A stretch of DNA of 64,000 nucleotides from Trichoplax adhaerens (taxonomy: Eukaryota > Animalia > Placozoa), in the NCBI RefSeq assembly GCF_000150275.1, contig NW_002060948.1, positions 5,254,336 through 5,318,335 on the forward strand. The letters are read 5' to 3'. The stretch's first letter is position 1. Each line of letters starts with the position of its first letter. Positions 1 to 10,773 of this stretch are shown in pieces. The notes under the pieces are model-generated. The model saw nothing but the letters and a program-made list of their open reading frames with translations, was not told the origin of the DNA and did not search any database. Position numbers and translations under genes: made by a program.

Positions 1-3000
1 TTAAATTATCCATTACGTTAATGGTGTATCAGTACTCTTGCATTAAATTATTAACAAGATGATTGCCATTTCCTACTTCGAAATTCAGAGAAATTGTTAG
101 TCTCTATTGAAAATGAAAGCAATATGCCTATGTAGAATTTATAAATCGTAAGGGATTTACATAAAGATATAGAAGTTTAAGAGATAACGTCAATATTTCC
201 TAGGAATTGTGTAAATCAGAAGTAGTAATAGGTACCTAGTAGCAGTTATTCTATTTTTACGCAAGAAAATAATGCATAAGTAATGATATTTTAGATAAAA
301 AACTAACAAGTATATCTATTATTATATGATTATTTTAATTTTTGCTATGCTTATGACATAGATTTAATCCTGTATGATCATTTCCAATTAAAAATTATTA
401 AGGAGTCTATCGGATATTACGTTGATAATATATATGACGTGGATTAAATTAATAAATTATTTATCCTTGCAAACAACTAGTTAATATATTACTTGTAAGA
501 TCAACAAGGTTTATCGGAATTCTACGTATTAAGAAACGACGAGAAAGCAATGGGTTTCGGTAGTCTTAATAGACTTCTTTATTTTAATAATGATCATGTT
601 AATAATTATTGTATTAAATGTTAGATAAATCCAAGATGTTGCCAATAATACATACAATAACCCATCTATATCCTATTTAAAGGATATTTATAGTAAATTA
701 ATAATGAAATTCGGATATCGTTAATAGGCATTCCGTTTTATTAAAATCAGTTACATATATACTATAATATAAGCCTAAGAAGTAGCTTTTCGCATACTTG
801 TATAATACTACTACAGAAATATTTGCATCATAGCGATCACTATTATCGAAGTCATTTTATGTATTAAATTTATGCAACGATGGTCTATATAATTAATTGT
901 GATACTAAACTGCCAATTTCGGTGGTAGCTTAAAAATTTGGGCATAAATTTTGGTAATCATCTCTGTAAAGTCTTTACAGATCACACATCTTACGATTTC
1001 TTTTGTCAAATATGATGTAAATAATATCTGTCGGATAATAGGCGTAATGAATTATTTCATAAAGAAAATGTAATATACAGTACAATGGTGCTAATGTCTT
1101 AATAGGCGTATTTTATGTTGTAGCAGATCATTAAATTTAACTGATTATGGTTAGATAGTGCTTGTTATTGATTAAACGACAGATAGACATGATTACATCC
1201 TGTGCTTATCTATAAACGATATGGAAAGATTTTACCTTCAACGGCTCTTAGTATCCTCTACTTTTCTAAAGAGCACTAAATATGATCTTGAGCTTAGTCA
1301 ATATGCACAAAATCTAAATGATTTAATGATCATGATCCGATATTGATTACTAGAATGATTTATACTTAACTTTGTAAGATGCTACTTCTTGCATGCTCGT
1401 AGTACTATTATTATACAAGCCTTAATAAATGGCGCTTTAGAAGTCTTTTCAATTTCTACCCGCAATGAAATAATAGCTATAACGTCAAAATATATTAGTA
1501 TTTCTACAATACTACAAAAAAATTATTAAGGCTGCATCAGTTTTGATAGTTAATTAAATCCTATAAAGAGCGATATTTTCTAGAATTTTTCCTTGATGAT
1601 TTTTAAGTTGATCGATTAATTTACTCTCAATTTCTTCTACTTTCAGCATTAATTTTTTATTATTCTTTGTATAATCGCGATCTTGCTAACTTATGAGAGG
1701 CAATAATAGTCATAATTGTATCTTAGGCAAGATCACAGCATAAGATTAGCAGTCAATACAGTGAATTTTCCTAACACTTTGTGTGACTATAGCCATATAG
1801 AATGGCTATATCTATAACATCAATGTATAAGATCTTTGATCATTGATGCTGACATAATGTTATTTTCATTTATTGTATAACATACGATAAATTTATATGT
1901 ATGAAGAATCGAAGCGTGTACACTATATAATGATGGCAATTTGAAACATAAAAGAAAGACCTTTTATTCCTTTTAGCTGTAATCTATTATTAAGATTAAC
2001 AACTTACTTGTATTCTTAGTAGTTTTAAGTTAGTGAAGTATGGAACAATATTTCAATTTATATTTATAGCTATTGCTTTGATATGTAGATGGCGAATCTA
2101 ATTTTAGGGATAAGATATCGAGCTATACAAAAATTTGTGCCACTCTGGACGATTATTATTAAGGTTAATGGCATGGTCAGTTAAATTATCGCTAATTTCT
2201 AAATGTGATTGTAACTGTTTCTATATATATTATTTCTTAATGTTATTCAATTGGACAAAGTGATTCCAGAAATAAATAAATATAGTACTTGCGAACTAAT
2301 TGCCTGAATATTGCATAAATCATCAAAGTATCAAACAAACCAGCGGTTGTTATGAAAGAGGCATTATTCATTGCAAGGAAGAAATTGAAAATGCTTGAAG
2401 CATATCATGTTAAAATCTTAACTGAAAAATAATCAATAAATCAAGCGTAGTGAAAGCATTGTTATTGTGTCACTATGGTATCTACGACGTTTCAGAAATC
2501 TCCATCGGTTATGAATAATTTGTAAATCTCTTTAATTGAATATCGTTAATATTAATTTCATAGTTAAACGCGATTAATAAGTCTACCATATCCACCATAA
2601 ATAAATTCACCATGATTAATGTAGTTTTTCAGCAAATAAACAATTGATAATATCTTTTCGATCAAGTTAAAATTGCATGCAAATTATTTAAAAGTTTTCT
2701 GTTGCTGGAATTTTATTTGGATCGTTAACATATAGATTATCTCTGTTAATAATAATTAGTATCATATGTTATATTTTCCACTACGATAATAATAATAATC
2801 TGCTTTATCGTAGTCTATATACATGCTAAGATGCTTTTCAATCTTATAAGATTGTTACGAATGAAACTATGTTCTATATTGATATAGGTTAGCTTACGTC
2901 AGAATGATGTAAATATTATTTCATACGTAACAGAAAAGGGGTTAGTTTATGCTAACGCTAAGCTAAAAATAATACCCTATTGTACTCTATTGACCATTTA

Positions 3001-4275
3001 TACATAGACAGCAGTTACAGACTGCTAAAAGGAGGATTCGTCTACGTTCATTAATGACTCTATTTCGTATATTTTATTTAAAAATCACCGTTTTTGATTG
3101 ATTATTTATGAATAAATGATTAGCAGATGTAATTATTCTTAGTAAAAGGTTATTAATCCACGATGGACTGTAAAGATAATGAGATGATGTAAAAATTTAA
3201 TGTAGATAACTTAATACTTGTAATACTATCAATTTTAGCTTCAACTATTATGGGGTATTTCTTCAAGATAATTATTTTATTGACGTATTTATAGTTATAG
3301 GTTATTGGATAACTACTAGCAATAGGTGATAGAACCTGGTGTAAGTTGTACGCGTTAATATGATCAATGGTGGAGATTTCTACCTTATACACGAAATTAA
3401 CTAAGGAATAATATGTGGTCACCTTTTTCCTTCATATTACAGTAATATTAGCCAACAATGAAAATTTGAATAGTCTATATTATAGATGCCTAAGATATCG
3501 ATTTCCTGTATCTTAGATCTATCATTATAAATCTGTTGAAATGATCCATTGTTGAATATCATTATTGTAACTACAGTACTTCCACGTCTTATTTATTCTA
3601 TAATGTTATTCAACGTAGTGATGTTATTCTAGATGAATGTGGTCAAATTACTTTTGTGTACGTTGTTATCTTGTACTGTATATACAGTGCATTAACAAAT
3701 AATTAGTTCAAATGAAAAATAACTTTTACTAAATCTAAGATGATCATTAACGTGTGGTAGAAAAGAAATTTGAACCATAAATAAAAAAATTTCAATTTTA
3801 CGGTTTTTACAAATTTATTGCAAGAATAGATTTATGTAATGCTATCATGGTTAAATGGTTATTCGGTGCTAAAAAAATCGACTCAAACTGAACATCTGTG
3901 TCAATATATTCAACGTTAACAATATTTGAACAATTTTGATTTATAGTACTCAACTTTATACAGTTCAAATAATAACTATTGATAGTATATAAATTTTTCA
4001 AAATAGTTATGTAATTAGATAAGGAATACGGGAATGAATCAAGATATATTATGACTAAAAATGATGACGATATAGGAAGTTACTAATTTCAATGATAGCA
4101 GGTGCGTCGTAAATTGATCATTTATTTACACTAGAGTATTTAAAGAATGGAATCCAATCAACATTTATTCAAGCCCAACAGCAATTAATTAATAATTAAA
4201 AAGTTGGAAAAGGTTTATTAACTCCTGCAACCGCGTCCATCTAGTAGTTAGTTGTTCCCATCAGTAGAAATCAAG

Positions 4276-5142
4276 ATGAGACTAAGGGCAATAACTCTAA
4301 CATTTTGCCTGGTAATTTGTACCATATCGGCTGTTAAAGCTAACGGTAATAGTAGCTCTTAAACATAGAAATTATGTAATTTAAATTTTACTTAGACTCA
4401 AAATTTTGAATCTTGTCAATTGCTGTTCGAACTAGCTAGCCTAATATTTGCCCTGTCCTAGGATTTATCAATTTTTATAGCAATTTTTCTATCTGTTGAT
4501 AGATCTTGAAGATCGTCATGCCCATTCAACTCCAGCCTCTGGATTTAAAAAGTTGAAAAATTTGAAGTATTTAGTAAAATGGGCTCCAGTGAGTAGAATA
4601 TCCAATTAAACGTGTAGTCATCCAATATCAATGTTGTTGGCAACTAGATGTTCTCGATGTCTTATACTAATTTTATCGTTTTATTCTTTTCCTTTGCATT
4701 TTAGCCAACATGTAATGCCAATAAAGCTTGCCCAACTGGTCAATGTTGTTCCGTCTATCAACCTACTTTACATACACCTAGAAGAAGATATTGTAGGCCT
4801 AATCCATACCTTGGTAGCACTTGCCGCCTTGGCACCGGTCGCCGCTCTCTCTGCAGATGCGGCACTGGTCTACAGTGTGTACCAGCTTATAGACATTTGA
4901 CTATTTCTGGCCGAAGCGTTTACCGAAGTGTCCGCGGTGCTTATGATGACTTAGATGAAGAAATTGATATGGTACGTGAAACCTCTTCTTTTGCCGATGA
5001 TGACTACGAAGCCATTACATGGAATGATGTTGCAGAATTGCGTAGAGAAGCTGAGATGAGTACTGGTTCCACACGTAAGCGAGCCGCTAGTCGATTAGCC
5101 AATGTCGGTATTTGTGTCCGTGACAGTAATTACACTCCATAA
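4276..5142 (+). CDS. Secreted cysteine-rich colipase/prokineticin(MIT1)/Dickkopf-CRD2-fold precursor, 197 aa; exons 4276-4345, 4503-4588, 4705-5142
   Basis: GT-AG junctions keep frame (phases 1, 0). Signal-peptide-like start MRLRAITLTFCLVICTISAVKA. Exon 3 reads PTCNANKACPTGQCCSVYQPTLHTPRRRYCRPNPYLGSTCRLGTGRRSLCRCGTGLQC...VGICVRDSNYTP, giving C-x5-C-x4-CC...C-x-P...C...CxC-xx-GL-x-C...C, the 10-Cys colipase-fold pattern. ORF 4897..5142 is its 3' part. Confidence 0.85.
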
Positions 5143-6964
5143 GACATTTCAGCCTTATTGAGCCGTTCAATTTGTCATTCTATATTAGAATGATGATGAA
5201 AAACGAATCTGTATAACTAATACCGTACATAATTGAGAAGTTGATATTCCAACTATTGCTTCCTTGGACTATACTAGTACCATATCAATTACTGACAGGA
5301 ATATGTACTTAAACTACTTAGTTGTAATGAATAAGATGTATTTCAATAATTAATTAATTAAATCTAAACAACCATTGTGGATAGTACTGCTCTGCTTTTA
5401 ATATCAAATGTTGCCACCATAACTGTAATACATGACATTCAATGTAATCATCACCCTTCACATCTTATCTTAATCATTAATCTGCTTATTAAAACACGTG
5501 AAATAATGCAATAAAAGTAATATCGAACGAACTTATAAGTGTCATTTTAATGCAAATTCGTACCTATCGTAGTGTTTGTTATTCAATATTTTAAAATTAA
5601 AAAAACAAAATCTTCAAAATTATACAAGTGAATACGAAGTTAATTCAACTAGCTATTCTATGGACTATTACCGTAGTAGCCCATGGTTGCTCATATATTA
5701 GACTCATTACGGCAGTTCTAACGGATACAAATCTAGTCTTACGATATGCTTCTATTCCTCGTACTATAATAACTCTATCACAACTGGTACAAACAGATTT
5801 ATTCAGTACTTCAAGGCGAAGTTTGATAGACAACGTAATCTCAGAACGATTTACTGTATTACATCATATAAAATACTTAAAATCGCATTTTCTGTTTTTG
5901 TCAAATGAGACAGTCTCGCATAATTGCTTGAAGGAATTTTCTACCGTATGCTTGTACTATATAATCTCCAAGAAAAGGTTGGGAAAAATGAAAACGATTT
6001 CATTCTCTACGTCTTAGAGCTAGAAACTATCGCAATTACTGCAAACTTGGACACTGTAGATTATGCTTCAGAATTCGTAGCTATGAAATCTTTTGACATT
6101 ATTTACACTAATCTGAAATTGTATTTGTTTAAAGTATGTACAGGGCTACTATTTTACGCCATTATTACAGGCAGTAAGCTCGACGTCAGCAGATACAGTC
6201 TCTCAGCTATTGCAGTTAAGCTAATTTGAGAGTTCTTCATTTTCTGTATTTGACTACTTCTATTGAGTTTGTTATTTTGTGTCATCATATTTAATGTTAT
6301 GTAGCGATTATACTTGTAAATATAACGAAAAACAATCCTGCTAGTATGTTTATCAACTCAAAACGTGCGTGAGTATTCCTAGCATTAATTTTTTACTGTA
6401 ATATTCAATACTTTTGAACACGACTTGATATTTCTCATCGTTAAACTAGTTCAGCTATTGCATTGCAACTATAACTTACTAGCCAGTTTTTTCATCGTTC
6501 TAATATGGTGATATTTACATTTATTTACTGTTTATGTTCACGACACAACAATATGCAAAATTTTCATGGGCCATCCATGCTTAAATTTCGTATATGCAGT
6601 AACATATCAGTTCAGAAATCAGCTATTGTGAAAATAATAATTTATATATAGAACTGGTAGATAAGCAAAAGATCGAAAAGCCGTTAGGCAACATCGATAA
6701 TGATATCTAAGAATACGTTCTATTCATGAGTATATTTGGCTACTCAAATGTAAATAATGAGAATATAAATCCAGATTTCGTACAGTTCTTAGGCGAATCG
6801 AAGGACAGTTCTAAAGCAAAGCACAGAAGTAGTCCTCTTATATGCAGTATCTAGCTGATAAGATTTTCAAAGCGATGTCTATTAAAAATTTGATATGAAA
6901 TGGTGGAATCCCAATTGCGTCAAGCCTGAGCTGCTGTCTTTAACTGTACAAACAATCTCAGGAA

Positions 6965-7335
6965 TCACGTTCGCTTAACTTTAAATCTATCTCGTCTTCG
7001 CTTTTTCTTTAGCTTATGTAGTTTAATTTTCTTTCTTCTTTTTTTCATAACGCTGCCACATTCTAATTGTTCATTCGATTCTTCTGTAGTGGCTTGATCA
7101 CATGATATAATATTTTCCTGATTGAAGTACAGCCAAGATAGTGAATTAGTGTATCTAGTAAAGACTTGGCTTAGCATAGTATGACTTGTAATTGATTCCT
7201 TTCGTTCTTGTTTGCCAGATTGACTTTTGACATTTTTGTAAGACGTTAAGAATGCAGTTGGTAATTTGATATCTCGCAATTGAGGATCAGTGACCGCTAG
7301 AGATTTTTGTTGGAGATTTAGCAAAGCCAAGTTAT
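6965..7335 (-). CDS. AURKAIP1: Mitochondrial ribosomal protein mS38 (AURKAIP1/COX24 family), terminal exon; upstream exon(s), probably at ~7390-7620, unresolved
   Basis: C-terminal LECGSVMKKRRKKIKLHKLKKKRRRDRF matches the mS38/COX24 basic motif (S-V-x-K-x-RR-x-K-[MI]-x-x-HK-x-x-K). An AG acceptor lies at 7336-7337. Confidence 0.8.
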
Positions 7336-8174
7336 CTAGATAATGATAGATAAAGATTACTTGTAAGAGTGCTTCTAATATCTTCTTACTCAGAATATCG
7401 TCAGGTTATTCGTCGAGATGCGATTTTTTTATGATTTAACATCAACAACAGCACAAAATGATGGCCTACGATGCGCATACTGCTTGATGCTGCAATTAAT
7501 AGACATGGCTACATGATGTGTATTAATATACCGGTCTACAGATCCCTATATAACAATATAGCGAGTACTAAGTGCCTTATTCCGTTTAGGCAATAACAAG
7601 CATACCTACCGTACATTGTATAATAGTCTACATATGCGTATGAGGGAAAAATTAACACTTTCAATGAAATTATTCACAAGTATATCTCTATGGCGTTAGA
7701 AGTACTCTGAGTGTGTTTACGGATAGTGTATACTCGTACATCTAATGTACAGTATACGTCAGTTATCATAGTAAATTTTAACTCTCTACAGCTACACCTA
7801 TCGAGGTTCCAGTTTTAGGTTGAACCTGTTCATGTACGACTATGAAAACTATACTGCCTGAATCCTGTACGAGTAATATCCGGCCCCAACATGCTTTTGC
7901 ATCACTACTTGTCTGGAAAGTAGTAATAAGCATACTAACATTCAGCAGCTGTAAACTTCGAGCAATACGCTTTAATTGATAAGTTTATAAAGTGGAGTAT
8001 TCTAATATTATGTACAAAAGGTCGAATTCAGCTTCTACTTCATAATACCGACTACTCCTCTACGAATAATCAGGCATTATCATGTTATGGTGCAGACGGT
8101 TGGATTTAGCTTATTCTTGGTGCTACTGACCACCTCTCTACGAATAACGAAGAGTGAATTTATCTAACCACTCA

Positions 8175-8546
8175 TTACATCATGATACCTGAGGCCTTCT
8201 TGATGCGTGTATATTGACCACATGATAAATTATTGGATTTTGCAGCAGCAAACGGCCAGGTCATTTTCCAGGCCGAGCGAAATAAGGTTACAGTTTGCTT
8301 TAGGGCCATCTCTCGCTAAATGAATTCAATTTCAAGAACTAAATCGTCGTTCTTCTACGCGTCGACGAGCTGTAAAGTCTAGTCTACAATATCTTGCTCT
8401 ATGAAAATCTTATCCAATAAAATTTCATCTCTAGTCTCTCTTAAGCAGCTTCCATCTTCCCGAGATTGGATCTCGTCCAACACGAGTTGCGAATCGATGT
8501 CCAACTGTCCAGCCTCTGTAGTCTGTACCTTGCTTGCGCCAGACAT
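8175..8546 (-). pseudogene. Decayed reading frame of unknown origin with three in-frame TAG stops
   Basis: One frame reads MSGASKVQTTEAGQLDIDSQLVLDEIQSREDGSCLRETRDEILLDKIFIEQDIVD*TLQLVDA*KNDDLVLEIEFI*REMALKQTV... It is GC-richer than its flanks and helical/acidic in composition. Stops at 8379, 8355 and 8316. Confidence 0.3.
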
Positions 8547-8943
8547 ACCTTCTACGCATGACCAGTACTGTACGACGTGCAGTGGAAACTCATTTTGTTT
8601 AAAAATACTACTGTAGTGACTGTACAGTACTGTGTACTGACGGACAGACATTTCCGATTTTATTCTCATTAAACTATTGTGAGGACCACTTCATTATGAC
8701 TTACTGTACTGTACAGTATAAAGTACAGTACAGTAGTACTGTATGTACTGTACAGTACAGTACGGTCGATTCTGAATTGGCTGATTTTTTCTCAATCAAG
8801 TAATATTACATTGAATATTACGATCTATTCCTAAAGTTCTGCTTGGAAGCTGCAGTTATATAAGATCGTGAATGTTATTTAAATTAGTACCCGTGATTTA
8901 GAAAATAGATACGGAAGATCCATACCAAGTAGTCATTTTTCGG

Positions 8944-9615
8944 CATGAACGGCCTCACACTTGATCAAAAAGTCCGTCCATCCTACGTACTGTACACACT
9001 GAAACATGTACTGTACTTTGTTAATCCTTGACGTGCAATGTACTGTACAGTACAGTACTGTTTTAGTGTACTGTACTGTAGAACTGTACAGTACTGCGCA
9101 TGTTCAAAGCGTACTGTATGTACACTGTACAATACAGTACAGGGGAGTTCAGTATTACAGTCGTCCATGACATGAACGGCCTCGCACTTGATCAAAAAGT
9201 CCGTCCATCCTACATACACACTGAAACATTTTCCTACAGTACTTTGTTAATCATTAACGTGCGCTGTACTGTACTGTACTGTACTGTACACTGTGTACAG
9301 TACAGTACAGAGTGTCCAAAAATAATCCCAGCGCACAAATTTAAAATTAGTATTGCCAAATTGTGCAGTAATTTGCCAAAAAAATGTACCGAAATGTAGA
9401 GTAATACTGTAACCTATCATAATCTGAAAACACTGTACTGTAGGGTTACAATACACTACTGTAGTGTAGTGCGTACAGTACTGTACTGTACAGTACAGTC
9501 CTGTACTGTGTACAGTACTGCGCATATTCAAAGCGTACTGTACTGTACACTGTACAGTACTGTCCGTACGGTACAGTACAGTACAGCACAGTTCAGTATT
9601 ACAGTAGTCCATGAC
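8944..9615 (+). repeat. Tandem duplication: copy 1 at 8944-9170, copy 2 at 9171-9615 (copy 2 expanded)
   Basis: Both copies begin catgaacggcctc(a/g)cacttgatcaaaaagtccgtccatcctac. They share ordered anchors acactgaaaca, actttgttaatc, gtactgcgcat(g/a)ttcaaagcgtactgta and gttcagtattacagt(c/a)gtccatga. Confidence 0.9.
9308..9435. mobile_element. Possible degenerate Tc1/mariner-type MITE or TIR remnant
   Basis: A 128-bp segment present only in duplication copy 2 and flanked by TA on both sides. It begins CAGAGTGTCCAAAAA, resembling Tc1/mariner TIR starts, and ends GAAAACACTG (7/10 inverted match). Confidence 0.4.
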
Positions 9616-10773
9616 GGTACTATGTACTGTACACTGTGCACATTCGATTCCAATCATGACGTAATTGTAAGTAGAGCTGCCGATGTCCAGCGTTACATAA
9701 AATGCCCAAAACTCGGTATCAGCACTATAGTTCAGTATCACTGACTGCCAGTTAGGGTTAGCAGTGTGGAAGATGTAGATAGATTCAACTCGAAGAAAGT
9801 CCCCAACATTGGGCGCTGTTGAATTTGGTCAACTGTTCAATAAGCAGTTTCAAGGTAATAAGAGGTAAGTTAGCAGCCATTAAAAGAATGATGTAGATTA
9901 CAATCATTGGATTGCATCTATCTTGCGTTATCAAATGACGGATTAAATTGATATGACTACCATGGGCTTACTAGTTTATACAATATGTTTTAGAAGCATC
10001 ATATTTTGCTCTAAAACTGTTTGTCTTGAATGCACACGGAAAACTCTACTTTTTAAGCGCTTTGTTATGATCGCCGACAGTTGTTGTTAGTACTGTACAT
10101 GGACATACAGTGATTACTTTATTGTATAATAACGCCCAGTTAAACTTCTGTATTAATACGTTATAAACAGAGTAAAATTTATTTTAACAGTAGCTTTAAC
10201 TTTATAATGGCAGCTCGGATCAAATCCAACAGCTCCTTGTAATTATTAATTCCATCATGAGCCGTTTTTCGTTGTGCCGAGTAGTACTACGGATCAGCAA
10301 AACAGATGCGCATATACTTACTATACCCGTATATGTATACTAGTACAGAAAAAAGTCTTCGATACAAGTATTTAGAACGTTCTGTTGTACCATATCATCA
10401 CTAATAGAGAATTCTGATGTTGTGTAATTGAAAGATTAGATAGTTGCCTTTGTATCATTTACCTTGTATTGTGTTATATCAGTCTACCGTTTAGTTTGTT
10501 AGATAGAACAATTATGGACAATCAGGCCCAGTAATAGTAAATTAACTGTAAATTGAATCGTTACTCCATACAAATAAGTAGATGTTTATGTGTTACTACT
10601 CGTGTAGTTAATACTATATACGCGTACAATGTGGTATCAATTTGATGCTGGTGAATTTCTGTCATAAAAGAGATAATGAAGTTTCAATTTACATCGTTGA
10701 ATTGAATGCAATTCAACCTTTTGTAGCATATCTGTGAACGGACTCTGCCCCACTTGCGCTAAGATTTCGAAAC

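Larger units (their letters stand above)
8565..9640. repeat. Mixed-orientation (TACAG)n/(TACTG)n array, with dense blocks at ~8610-8765, 8985-9140, 9265-9310 and 9435-9640
   Basis: Directly visible, e.g. tactgtactgtacagta at 8702 and tactgtactgtactgtactgtacactgtgtacagtacagtacag at 9267. It explains the repetitive VQY/TVL/YCT ORFs between 8983 and 9744. Confidence 0.95.

Noticed and set aside
1-4200. Short ORFs at 3153 and 3807
   Set aside because: Non-ATG, I/N/Y/K-biased and without homology cues; treated as intergenic.
4631-4900. 89-aa ORF with a hydrophobic stretch
   Set aside because: It starts in intron 2 and is an alternative frame over exon 3 of the cysteine-rich gene.
5628-6229. Overlapping 129-aa and 101-aa ORFs, faintly like Ty3/gypsy gag (LKSHF...LQEKVGKNENDFI)
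   Set aside because: Non-ATG starts, no zinc knuckle, pol or LTRs. The similarity is too weak to call without a search.
8565-9640. CRISPR-like or telomeric array
   Set aside because: There is no constant repeat with unique spacers, no cas genes, and the context is eukaryotic. The unit is not TTAGGG; isolated tagggtta matches at ~9441 and ~9753 are too short.
8983-9744. Four overlapping ORFs of 78-164 aa on both strands
   Set aside because: They are translations of the stop-poor TACAG/TACTG repeat (VQY/TVL/YCT), not genes.
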